Source of the DNA: Myxococcota bacterium | GTDB lineage: Bacteria > Myxococcota_A > UBA9160 > UBA4427 | NCBI GenBank assembly: GCA_965250285.1 | Contig: OZ252299.1 | Coordinates: 3,008,001-3,072,000 of the forward strand | Length of the DNA stretch: 64,000 nt | Direction of reading: 5' to 3' | In this document: positions 9,110 through 17,979 of the stretch, piece after piece | How the letters are laid out: each line of letters opens with the position of its first letter | Position numbering within the stretch: position 1 is the stretch's first letter | The notes under the pieces: generated by a model | The model's input: only the letters and a program-made list of their open reading frames with translations | Database searches by the model: none | Told to the model about the DNA's origin: nothing | Position numbers and translations under genes: made by a program

Positions 9110-9937
9110 TCATGCGGGCTCGTCGCCCTCGAGCGTGACGCGATGCATGACGCGCCGCTCTGTGTAGTCAGGCACCGCGAAGTGCTGCACGGTGCGGTTG
9201 TCCCAGAACGCGATCGAGTGCGGCTCCCACGAGAACCGACACTGATACTCGGGCGATCGCACGTGGTCGTTCAAGAACGGCAACAGCAGATCGTTCTCAC
9301 GCTCGCTCAAGCCGACGATGTGCGTCGTCGAGTTGCCGTTCACATAGAGCGCTTTGCGGCCCGTGACGGGATGCGTCCGCACGACCGGATGCTCGACCGG
9401 CGGGAACGTCGCTCGCGCGTGCTCGAGTCGCTGCTCGTCGAAGATGCCCTTGCGCACGGCGCGGCGCATCGGCTTCGTGATGTCATGGACGGCCCGCAGC
9501 TGCGAGACGAAAGCACGCATCTCTTTCGACAGACCGTCGTAGGCCGCGACTGCGCTGGCGAAGCAGGTATCGCCCCCCACCGAGGGCAGCTCCACTGCCT
9601 TGAGGATCGAGCCGAGCGGCGGCTTCGCCATGAACGTGTTGTCGCTGTGCCAGTTGTCGGCGCCTTGCCCCCGCGGCTCCACCTGATCGAGCACCATCAC
9701 TTCGGGGCGCAGATCGCTGTCGGGGGCCATGGGCGGGATGCTGATCTCGCCGAACTGCTCGGCGAACGCGACCTGCTGGTCGGGCGTGATCGCCTGGTCT
9801 CGAAAGAAGAGCACGCCGTGCTCGAGGAGCGCCGCCTCGATGCCGGCCTGCTCGTCCGCCGAGAGGGGCTGGCGCAGGTCGACCCCGGACACCGTCGCCC
9901 CGATCGTCTTCGTCACCGGCGAGACGGCCAAGCTCAC
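9110..9937 (-). CDS. TauD/TfdA-family Fe(II)/2-oxoglutarate dioxygenase
   Basis: WHSD, GGDTCF, HPVVRTHP.TGRKALYVN, WDNR..QH, RVMHRVT; GTG at 9937. Confidence 0.93.
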   Translation of the reverse strand: MSLAVSPVTKTIGATVSGVDLRQPLSADEQAGIEAALLEHGVLFFRDQAITPDQQVAFAEQFGEISIPPMAPDSDLRPEVMVLDQVEPRGQGADNWHSDNTFMAKPPLGSILKAVELPSVGGDTCFASAVAAYDGLSKEMRAFVSQLRAVHDITKPMRRAVRKGIFDEQRLEHARATFPPVEHPVVRTHPVTGRKALYVNGNSTTHIVGLSERENDLLLPFLNDHVRSPEYQCRFSWEPHSIAFWDNRTVQHFAVPDYTERRVMHRVTLEGDEPA

Positions 9938-10845
9938 CGGATCACCTCGTCGCCGAAGCGCGACACCCAGTCGATCACCTCGTCCCGGGTCTGCCCCCGC
10001 ACCCCGATGGAGACCCACGTGACCCCGATCGCCTCCAGCGCCCTCACCTGCTCGCGCAGCTCGGTGAGATCGCTCGGCCCCTTCGCGTTCATGGCGTACC
10101 CGAACGGCACGAAGTTCACATCGATGGGCTCGGTCCGGCCCCACTGCTTCGCATGGCTCTTCAAGAAGGCGATGCGCTCGCCCAGGTCTTCGATCGACTC
10201 GATCCCGGCCGTCCGGGCACGGGCCGAGTGGGCGCGCGCGATCGGGAACGGGCTCCACCCCTGGGCGTGCTCGACTGCGCGGCGCATCGCCAGCCGCGTA
10301 TTGCCCCCCACCCAGATCGGCGGATGCGGCGTCTGCAGCGGAGCCGGACGCATCGTGTTGCCCGCCGCGTCGAAGTGTGCGCCCGAGAGCTTCACCGATT
10401 CGCCCCGCCATGCCTGCTTCATGGCAACGAGCGCCTCGTCGGTCAACGCGTTGCGGTCTTCGAAGCGCGCGCCGAGCGCGCGGTACTCGCCCTCGAGATA
10501 GCCCGCGGCGACCCCCACGATGACCCGCCCGCCCGAGACGACGTCGAGGCTCGCGATCGCCTTCGCCGTCATGAACGGGTTGCGATAGGGCAGGACCAGA
10601 ATGTGCGTGTGGAGCCGCAGCTTCGTCGTCGCGGCGGCAGCTGCGGTCAATGACACGAACGGGTCGAGAGCGTGATGGCCGCCCGTCGCGAGCCAGTCGT
10701 CGGACGGAAACGGATGCTCGGTCACGAAGCACGCGTCGAAGCCCGCGCGCTCGATCGCCGAGGCCGTCTCGCGGATCGCCTCGAGGCTCGTAAACGTCTC
10801 GCGCTGCTCGACGCGATCGGTCGGCAGCTGCACCGAGAACTTCAC
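9934..10845 (-). CDS. LLM-class (probably F420-dependent) oxidoreductase
   Basis: ERAGFD..FVTEH, LDPFVSL, LPYRNP..AK..ASLDVVSGGR, PPIWVGG; GTG at 10845. Confidence 0.92.
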   Translation of the reverse strand: MKFSVQLPTDRVEQRETFTSLEAIRETASAIERAGFDACFVTEHPFPSDDWLATGGHHALDPFVSLTAAAAATTKLRLHTHILVLPYRNPFMTAKAIASLDVVSGGRVIVGVAAGYLEGEYRALGARFEDRNALTDEALVAMKQAWRGESVKLSGAHFDAAGNTMRPAPLQTPHPPIWVGGNTRLAMRRAVEHAQGWSPFPIARAHSARARTAGIESIEDLGERIAFLKSHAKQWGRTEPIDVNFVPFGYAMNAKGPSDLTELREQVRALEAIGVTWVSIGVRGQTRDEVIDWVSRFGDEVIR

Positions 10846-11945
10846 GCCGGCACCTCGAACCCGTAGAGCTTCGCGGCGTTCGAAGCGAAGAGTCTCGTCT
10901 TGACGTCTTCGCTGAGGTCGCTGCGCTTCTCGAGGATGCGGACCGAGTCGGGGAACGCACAGTCGAAATGACAGTAGTCGGACGAGTAACAGATGACGTC
11001 GTCCGCCACGTGCTCGAACACATAGGGCACCATCTTCTCGTCGGGCTCGGTCGTCAGGAAACAGCGACCCGCAAAGTACTCCGACGGCGGTCGATCGATC
11101 TCGGGCGCCAGCTCGGGCATCATCTCCCAGTGCTCGTCGAGGCGTTCGAGCCAGAACGGCAGCCACCCGACGCCCGCCTCGAGAAAGCCCACCCGCAGCG
11201 TCGGAAAGCGCGCGAGGATGCCCCCGACCGTGAAGTTGAACACGGCCTGCATCGCACCCAACGGATGCGTGAGCGCGTGCACCCCGAGCCGCGTGTCGAA
11301 GCGATCGATGGCGAACGGCGTCTGCCCCGGCGCCTGCCCTCCGCCGTGCGTACAGACCGCGACGCCGAGGCGTTCGGCCGTAGCCCACACGACGTCGAAG
11401 CTCGGATCGTCGAGGTTCTTCTCACGAATGTGCGTCGCCGTGACCATGCCGACGAACCCGTGCTGGGTCACGCAGCGCTCGAGCTCCTCGGCCGCCGCCT
11501 TCGGCTCGATCATCGGCAGCTTCGCGACGAGCTTCAGCCGGTCGGGCGCGTAGCTCGCATACTCGGCGCGCGCGTCGTTCAGCGTTCTGCACAGTGCAGC
11601 GGAGAAGTCGACGTCGTCCATGGCCCACTCCTCGCCCGAGCCCGGCGGGAACAGCACCGCAACGTCGATCCCTTCGAGATCCATGTCGGGCATGCGCTTC
11701 TCGGGGTCGAACATGCCGGGCTGGGTCGGCACCGCGAACTCGAGATCGTCTTCGTCGGGGATCACCTCGTCGGCGTCGTCGTGCGCGCGAAGCCCGGCGC
11801 CCGGCATGCTCGCGTACTTCTTGCGCATCGCCTCGACGTAGGCGCGCATCGTCGAAGCGTGCTTGGCCGGAACGCGACGCCGCCAACCGAGGGGCTCACC
11901 ACCGTGCCCATCTGCGTCGATCACGTAGTGACCGAATCGACCCAT
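10842..11945 (-). CDS. Amidohydrolase family protein (Amidohydro_2)
   Basis: IDADGH, DMDLEGIDVAVLFP, FLEAGVGWLP, YSSDYCHFD; AAGGAG RBS. Confidence 0.92.
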   Translation of the reverse strand: MGRFGHYVIDADGHGGEPLGWRRRVPAKHASTMRAYVEAMRKKYASMPGAGLRAHDDADEVIPDEDDLEFAVPTQPGMFDPEKRMPDMDLEGIDVAVLFPPGSGEEWAMDDVDFSAALCRTLNDARAEYASYAPDRLKLVAKLPMIEPKAAAEELERCVTQHGFVGMVTATHIREKNLDDPSFDVVWATAERLGVAVCTHGGGQAPGQTPFAIDRFDTRLGVHALTHPLGAMQAVFNFTVGGILARFPTLRVGFLEAGVGWLPFWLERLDEHWEMMPELAPEIDRPPSEYFAGRCFLTTEPDEKMVPYVFEHVADDVICYSSDYCHFDCAFPDSVRILEKRSDLSEDVKTRLFASNAAKLYGFEVPA

Positions 11946-11976
11946 GTCTGTCTCCTTCGCACCGCTCGAAGCGCGG

Positions 11977-12504
11977 CTATGCCGTACGGGTGAGCAGGCA
12001 CCCCATTACGTCTTCGATCGCCGCATCTGCCCGAGCGCACAGTGCGTCATCGGCCACGCCGCCCACCGGGTGGGCGATCGCGACGATGCGCGCTCCATCG
12101 AGCCCGACCTGCTCGCCCGACTGGCGCGCCAGATCGAAGAAGCGCTCGGTGGCCACCACCACCGTGGGGGTGCCCATCGACTCCAGCCGTGCCGTGTCGT
12201 GGAGACTCCACGACGTGCACGACCCTCAATCCGCGGTCCCCGTCAAGACGAGGTCCGCCTCGGCCGCGATGGCCTCGAGCAGCGCGTCGTCGCAGGGCGT
12301 CGCGGCGGTGCGCTTGCGGTGCACGCCGACGAACTCGACGCCGGTGCGCTCGGCGAGGCGCTCGGCCATCTGAGTCATCAAGAGCGCCGCACCGGGCTTG
12401 CCGTTGTCGAGCACGGCGAGTCGCCGCGTCGAGAGCAGCTCGGGCGACGGCGCCAAGGCGGCGCCGCGCTGTCCAACCCGGCCTTCGGGCGATTCGATCT
12501 TCAT
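11977..12504 (-). CDS. UGSC-family selenoprotein, 175 aa, with in-frame UGA at 12226-12228 read as selenocysteine
   Basis: ORF-track pieces 12226..12504 and 11977..12177 share one frame, separated only by TGA: ...VLTGTAD-U-GSCTSWSLHDTARLESMGTPTVVV...; LDNGKP motif; GGAGGAG RBS; SECIS-like hairpin follows. Confidence 0.88.
12185..12224 (-). promoter_or_regulatory. Putative bacterial SECIS element
   Basis: mRNA after UGA: G-GGUCGUGC-AC-GUCGUGG-AGUCU-CCACGAC-ACG-GCACGGCU; upper stem (12196-12214) starts 11 nt after the UGA; G in the apical loop. Confidence 0.75.
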
Positions 12505-12550
12505 GTGGCTCTCCTCCGGCGGCCGCGCGCCGCCTGAACTTCACCGGCCG

Positions 12551-13591
12551 TCAGGGCGCGACCGGCAGCGTCACGCTCTGGGTCATGCCCCAGCTGGGAA
12601 TCACGCACGAGTGCTTGCCCGCTCCGCCCGCGACCAGAACGCGGATGTGATCGGGGTGGTCGGTGATCGGCATCGCATCGTCGTCGCCGAGGGCACGCAG
12701 CCACGGCCGCACCTGCACGACATCGAACGCGCCGCGCAGCACGCGCGCCGGCAGGCGCGCACGTTCGTAGAGGTACGACTGCACGTCCCGGCGCGTCCAC
12801 CCGGCGCCCGCGATCGTCGCGGCATGCTCGGGACCGAGCACGACGAAGAACTCGGCCGAAGACACCGGCGCGTTGTTCGAGCCGAGCGTCGCCATCACGC
12901 TCGCGCCCTTGTCGAGGATCGTCTCGGGCGCGTCGCTCTCCATGTCGTGGAAGTTGTGCGGGTTCTCGCCGCAGTGGATCGTCACGGCGCTGGGCGCGTC
13001 GACACCGCGACTGCGCGGATACGAGGCCCATGGCGAGGCCGCCTCGTTCTCGGCGATGCAGTACGCATACTTCGAGGGCTGGCCCTGGGTCGATGCATCG
13101 CCCGCGCCGGGCCGCGCGCCCGCCACATGCATGAGGATCAGGCGAAGCGCGCGCCCCACCGTCGCATTGGCGCGGTTGCCCGGGCCGAACGTGCCCAGCC
13201 CCGCGTTGAACTCGCCCGCCCGCACGGCCTCGCCGTGCACGATGAGCAGCGGCGCGACGGGATGCGTCGTCGCGTTCACGCCGCGCAGGTTCAGCTCGGG
13301 CCGCCCGAGGGCGCGCACCGCGCTGACGAGCACCGGCAGCAGCCCGGGCTTGCAGCCAGCGAGCACGGCGTTGATGGCGATGATGCGCCGTGTGGCCTCG
13401 CCGAGCCGCGGCTCGAGGCGTGCGATGACTTCGTCGTCGCCCCGCCCTGCGTCGCCGCCTGCGCCGAGCATGGCTTCGACTCGATCGCGCGTCGGCGGGA
13501 CGAGCGGCAGACCGTCCCCCCATCCCTTCGCTTCGAAGAGCTCGATCAGCGCCTCGGGCGAGTCGGTCGACAGCTCGAGCTCGTCGTTCAT
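12551..13591 (-). CDS. Uncharacterised protein with GWGDGLPLVPPT motif (UGSC-associated)
   Basis: KGWGDGLPLVPPT..RVEAML, IAINAVLAGCKP, NRANATVGRALRL, STQGQPSKY..CIAENE, ILVAGGAGK-like C-terminus; ATGA overlap at 13588-13591. Confidence 0.85.
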   Translation of the reverse strand: MNDELELSTDSPEALIELFEAKGWGDGLPLVPPTRDRVEAMLGAGGDAGRGDDEVIARLEPRLGEATRRIIAINAVLAGCKPGLLPVLVSAVRALGRPELNLRGVNATTHPVAPLLIVHGEAVRAGEFNAGLGTFGPGNRANATVGRALRLILMHVAGARPGAGDASTQGQPSKYAYCIAENEAASPWASYPRSRGVDAPSAVTIHCGENPHNFHDMESDAPETILDKGASVMATLGSNNAPVSSAEFFVVLGPEHAATIAGAGWTRRDVQSYLYERARLPARVLRGAFDVVQVRPWLRALGDDDAMPITDHPDHIRVLVAGGAGKHSCVIPSWGMTQSVTLPVAP

Positions 13592-15324
13592 GCGCCCGCT
13601 CCCGTGCCCGCCGGTCGCACGAGTCGCCCCGGTAGCGCCGTCTGCAGCTGCCCCCACAACACGATCGGCTCGCCCGCGACGATCGTCGCCGCGAAGCCGT
13701 TGGGCCGCGCCGAGAACCGCCCCTGGTCGCCGGGCAGGTCGTAGACCATGCGCTTCGTGCCGGGCCCGACCGTCGCGGGGTCGAAGATCATCAGATCGGC
13801 CGCATAGCCCGGCAGCAGCGCGCCCCGCCCCGCAAAGCCGGCCATCGCCGCGGGCACCTGCGTCAGCTGACGGATGCCCTCTTCGAGGGTCCACACCTCG
13901 CGGTCGATCACCCAGTGGCGCAGGAAGTAGCTCGACCAGTCGGCGCCGTCGTCGCGGTCGAGGTGTGCGCCGCCGTCGGAGACGCCCATGAGCATCGACG
14001 GGTGCTTCATGCTCTCTTCGACCGAGGCCGCCCACTCGGGGGTGCGATTCTCCCAGCGGAACTTCATCTTGAGATCTTCGCTGAGTGCGAGATCGAGCAT
14101 CACGTCGGCCGGCGCCTGGCCCATCTCGCGTGCGAGGTCGGCGATGCTGCGCCGCAGGTATTTCTCGTTGCCGGGGTCGGTCACCTCGTCGACGAACGTC
14201 ACGTCCCAGTGCGGCGGTGGCAGGGTCGAACCGGCGTCCGGATCGCGGTTCGGGCGATCGACCGCATGGCGCAGCTCGTCGCGCACCACGGGGTCGCGCA
14301 GGCGCGCGAGCTTCTCGTCGTGCGAGAGCGACATGAACGCCGCCCACGGAAACACGCCGGCATAGAGCGGAGAGCCGGCATCGAGATCGATCGGCCGATC
14401 GAACGGGTGATTGCGAAGCAGCGAGAACACCGCCGCGCCGTCGCGGGCCGCGGCATCGAGGAATCGCTTCGCGTTCGCCCAGCCCGCGGTGGGTGCATCG
14501 ACCTTGTCGCGCCCGCCCACGCCCTGGATCACGATCGGCAGACGGCTCTTCTGACCGAGCTCGATCAGCAGCGCCTCGTCTTCACCGTCGAGCCCGCCGA
14601 TCACGCTCTTCGGCAGGTACGAAATGCTCCCCCCGCCGGCGCGGCCGGCCTCTTCGCACAGCGCCACGAGCTCTTCGCGCGAAGCGAAGCGACTCGGGAT
14701 CGGGCGATCGTCTCCATCGACCTGCGTCGGCACCGACGACGATGAGAAGCCCGCCGCACCGGCCGCCATCGCCTCGCCGACGAGGGCACGCATCTGCCCG
14801 ATCTCTTCTTCGGTGGCGTGGCGCTCGCTGCCGTCGGCACCCATGACGAAGCGGCGGAGGCTCGAGTGGCCGATGTAGCAGGCGAGGTTCACGCCCAGCC
14901 GCCCCTCTCGCGCGCGCAGGTAGTCGGGGAAGGACTCGAAATCCCACTCGACCCCCTCGAGCGCGACGGGCTCCATGCCCTCGACCTTCGCGAACATCGC
15001 CTTGATGTAGGGCCGCGCCGCTTCTCGGGTCGGAGCGATCGAGAAGCCACAGTTGCCTGCGAGCACGGTGGTCACGCCGTGGTAGCAGGACGACGTCGCG
15101 TACGGGTCGAACGTGAGCTGCGGGTCGTAGTGCGTGTGGGCGTCGATGATGCCCGGCGCCACGATGTGGCCGTCGGCGTCGATCGTGCGGCGGGTGTCCT
15201 TCGCGCCGGGCACGTGGCCGACCGCGGCGATGACACCGTCGCGCACGGCGACGTCGCCGCGCCGCCGGGCGAGCCCCGTGCCGTCGACGACGATGCCGCC
15301 CCGCACGACGAGATCCCACGTCAC
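13588..15324 (-). CDS. N-acyl-D-amino-acid deacylase family amidohydrolase
   Basis: VVDGTG, APGIIDAHTHYD, GVTTV..GNCGFS, SDGGAH, GYAADLMIFDP. Confidence 0.93.
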   Translation of the reverse strand: MTWDLVVRGGIVVDGTGLARRRGDVAVRDGVIAAVGHVPGAKDTRRTIDADGHIVAPGIIDAHTHYDPQLTFDPYATSSCYHGVTTVLAGNCGFSIAPTREAARPYIKAMFAKVEGMEPVALEGVEWDFESFPDYLRAREGRLGVNLACYIGHSSLRRFVMGADGSERHATEEEIGQMRALVGEAMAAGAAGFSSSSVPTQVDGDDRPIPSRFASREELVALCEEAGRAGGGSISYLPKSVIGGLDGEDEALLIELGQKSRLPIVIQGVGGRDKVDAPTAGWANAKRFLDAAARDGAAVFSLLRNHPFDRPIDLDAGSPLYAGVFPWAAFMSLSHDEKLARLRDPVVRDELRHAVDRPNRDPDAGSTLPPPHWDVTFVDEVTDPGNEKYLRRSIADLAREMGQAPADVMLDLALSEDLKMKFRWENRTPEWAASVEESMKHPSMLMGVSDGGAHLDRDDGADWSSYFLRHWVIDREVWTLEEGIRQLTQVPAAMAGFAGRGALLPGYAADLMIFDPATVGPGTKRMVYDLPGDQGRFSARPNGFAATIVAGEPIVLWGQLQTALPGRLVRPAGTGAGA

Positions 15325-15818
15325 CGGTTCGCCCCCCCTTCGAAGAGGTCGAGCAGCTGCATCAGCACGCGGTCGGCGTCCTTCAGCTCGGTCTCCGGGA
15401 GCGGGTCGAGCAGGGCCTGCGTCGCATCGAGGTACGCGCGAAACACCCGCTCGTGCAGCTCGGCCCCCTCCGCGGTCAGCGAGACCACCGAGCCCCGCCC
15501 ATCGGTCGGGTCGGGCGCGCGCTCGACGAGCCCGCGCTCTTCGAGCCGCCTGAGGATCTTGGTCATGCCGCCAGACGAGCGCTGCAGCCGGCTATAGAGC
15601 CGACTCGGTGTCAGCTGATAAGGCGCGCCGGCGCGCCGCAGTGCCGCGAGCACGCCGTAGTCGCCCGACGACAGGCCGAAGGGAGCGAGCACCTGCTGCT
15701 GAAACGAGTCGATCAGCACCGAGAGCCGGGCGAGCCGCACCATCGGCGGAAACGTCCGGGTGTCGAGCTCGGGGTACTCACGCTCCCACGCGGTCGAGAG
15801 ATCATCGATCCAGCTCAT
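15321..15818 (-). CDS. MarR-family transcriptional regulator
   Basis: VLAALRRAGAPYQLTPS.L...SSGGMT..L.RLE.RGLVER.PDP.DGR. Confidence 0.93.
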   Translation of the reverse strand: MSWIDDLSTAWEREYPELDTRTFPPMVRLARLSVLIDSFQQQVLAPFGLSSGDYGVLAALRRAGAPYQLTPSRLYSRLQRSSGGMTKILRRLEERGLVERAPDPTDGRGSVVSLTAEGAELHERVFRAYLDATQALLDPLPETELKDADRVLMQLLDLFEGGANR

Positions 15819-15822
15819 GGCA

Positions 15823-15873
15823 TTGCCCTCGCTTGCTCGACCTCGTTATACTTTCCGGAAAGCTTTCCCGCAA
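15823..15873. promoter_or_regulatory. Overlapping divergent sigma70-type promoters with a palindromic operator candidate
   Basis: Minus strand TTGCGG-N17-TATAAC (15873..15845); plus strand TTGCCC-N18-TATACT (15823..15852); CTTTCCGGAAAGCTTTCC at 15851-15868. Confidence 0.65.
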
Positions 15874-15900
15874 GCAAAAAACAGATCGCCGAGGAGCTCC

Positions 15901-17235
15901 ATGTCGAGCAGTCCGCTGGGCCAAGAGCCGAGCAGCAAGCCGGGTCGTGAGCCGGACGGGGTGCCCGGCGAGGGGTCGACGGGGGCCCGCGCGCGCGGGC
16001 CCCGGTACGCGAACTACGTGCTGGGCGTCTTCTTTCTCGTCTCGGTCTTCAACTACGTCGACCGCCAGCTGGTCTCGGTGCTGCTGCAGCCGATCAAGGA
16101 CGAGTTCGGGGTCTCGGACGCCTGGATGGGCGCCCTCACCGGGTTCGCTTTCATGATCGTGCACTCGGTCTTCGGCATTCCGCTCGCGCGCTGGGCCGAT
16201 TCGGGCAACCGCAAGTGGATCCTCACCCTCGGCCTCACGGTCTGGAGCGCGTTGACCGCAGCGTCGGGCCTCGCGCGTTCGTTCGGCTTCTTGATGTTCG
16301 CGCGGATGGGTGTCGGCATCGGCGAAGCGGCCGGCACGCCGACCGCCCACTCGATGATCTCCGACTACTTCCCGCTCGAGCGCCGGGCCACCGCGCTCGC
16401 CGTCTACGCGATGGGCGTCTACGTGGGCATCATGTTCGGCTACATCGCCGCGGGTTGGCTCGGGGAGCAGCTCGGCTGGCGTCTCACGTTCATCGTCGTC
16501 GGCCTGCCCGGCCTGCTGATCGCGCTGCTGCTCTACTTCACCGTCGACGAGCCCGCGCGCACCACCTCCGTCGAGTCGCACCCCCTCGGCGAGGTCATGC
16601 GATACCTCTTCGCGAAGCCGGCCTACGTGATCCTGCTCGTCGCCGCGTCGTTCCACGCCGCCGCGGCCTACTGCATCGCGCTCTGGGCCCCGACGTTTCT
16701 GCTGCGCGTGCACGGCATGACGCTCACCGAGATGGGCCTTTCGCTCGGCCTGCTCACCGGCGTCGCGGGGGCTGCCGGCTCGCTCGCGGGCGGCGTGGTG
16801 TCGGATCGTCTCGCCCGAGCGACCAAGGCGGCGTACGGCTGGACCACCGCGTTCGCGGCCTTCGCCGCCCTCCCCTTCGCCATCGGGTTCGTCTCGAGCG
16901 AGCGTACGTGGGTGGCGCTCGCCTGGTTCGCTCCGATGACGTTCCTCACGGGTCTCTACATCGGGCCGCTGTATGCGATGAACCAGGGCCTGGCCCGCCC
17001 GCGCATGCGCGCAATGGCCGTCGCGATCCACCTCTTCGTCGTGAGCATCCTGGGCGGTGGGGTCGGGCCGTGGGCAGTGGGCTTGATGAACGACGCGTTC
17101 CAGGCCGAGTACGGTGACGCCGGCATTCGACAGTCGCTGATCTGGGTGCAGTCGATCGGACTGGTCGCCGCCGGCACCTGCTACCTGCTCGCTTCGCGCA
17201 CACTCGCGCGGGACATGGAGGGGACCGAGACGTAG
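15901..17235 (+). CDS. MFS transporter (spinster-like)
   Basis: FNYVDRQ, ARWAD..NRK, ARMGVGIGEA, ISDYFP.ERRA; about 12 hydrophobic segments; GAGGAG RBS. Confidence 0.93.
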   Translation: MSSSPLGQEPSSKPGREPDGVPGEGSTGARARGPRYANYVLGVFFLVSVFNYVDRQLVSVLLQPIKDEFGVSDAWMGALTGFAFMIVHSVFGIPLARWADSGNRKWILTLGLTVWSALTAASGLARSFGFLMFARMGVGIGEAAGTPTAHSMISDYFPLERRATALAVYAMGVYVGIMFGYIAAGWLGEQLGWRLTFIVVGLPGLLIALLLYFTVDEPARTTSVESHPLGEVMRYLFAKPAYVILLVAASFHAAAAYCIALWAPTFLLRVHGMTLTEMGLSLGLLTGVAGAAGSLAGGVVSDRLARATKAAYGWTTAFAAFAALPFAIGFVSSERTWVALAWFAPMTFLTGLYIGPLYAMNQGLARPRMRAMAVAIHLFVVSILGGGVGPWAVGLMNDAFQAEYGDAGIRQSLIWVQSIGLVAAGTCYLLASRTLARDMEGTET

Positions 17236-17401
17236 CCGAGAGCTCGCCGCCCGCTCGCTCGAAGACGATCTGCGCAACGACGGAGCGAAGCCGGCCTCGG
17301 CCCGCGCTCCAGCGCAAGCCATGCGCGCCCACGCCGCAGATCGCCGGCAACATCGGCCGCCGGTCTTCAGCCCAGGCTGCCGGCGACCCGATACACCCTA
17401 C

Positions 17402-17896
17402 ATGTTCGAGTGGATGGTCTTCCTGCCGTTTGCGATCTCGATCGTGTTCTTCGCGATCATGGTCCGGCGTGTCCACGGCATCACGGCGTTGATGCGAAAC
17501 CCCGAGCAGTTCGGGCACCAGCTGAACAGCCTGGTCGAGACCGCGCTGCGCGAATCGGGCTTCGACCCGTCGTCGATCCCCGCCGACCAGCTGCACGAGA
17601 TCGACCGACTGCCCGCCGACGCTCGCGAAGCGGTGCGGGCGCGCCTGCTGCAGGCCGTGCTGCGCGGTGAGCTCGACCTCGCGCACACCGACGTGCACAC
17701 GCACGGCGCGAGCGGCCAGTCGCAGAGTTCGATGGGGATGGGGATGGGCGCCCCGACCGGGCTCGGGGGTGGCTTCGAGAACCGGCCGCCGCCCATCGAT
17801 CGAGGGCGACGCGGCGGCAGCGCCTGGGTCGCGCTCGCGATCGTGCTGATCACCGGCCTCGTCGCCGCGCTCTGGGTGACCGGCCAACCGCTCTAG
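17402..17896 (+). CDS. Hypothetical membrane protein
   Basis: N- and C-terminal TM segments; GC3-biased codons; fills the gap between genes. Confidence 0.65.
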   Translation: MFEWMVFLPFAISIVFFAIMVRRVHGITALMRNPEQFGHQLNSLVETALRESGFDPSSIPADQLHEIDRLPADAREAVRARLLQAVLRGELDLAHTDVHTHGASGQSQSSMGMGMGAPTGLGGGFENRPPPIDRGRRGGSAWVALAIVLITGLVAALWVTGQPL

Positions 17897-17979
17897 CCGC
17901 CCGAGACGTGGCGCATCGGCCATGCCCCCGACTCGGCCCCGGCATGCGGCGCCTGCGAATCCGCCCTGCGACGTGTCCT

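Noticed and set aside
11977..12504. Nonsense pseudogene or two separate small genes
   Set aside because: The UGA falls in a UxxC motif, is followed by a SECIS-like hairpin, and both halves look intact; Sec recoding explains this better
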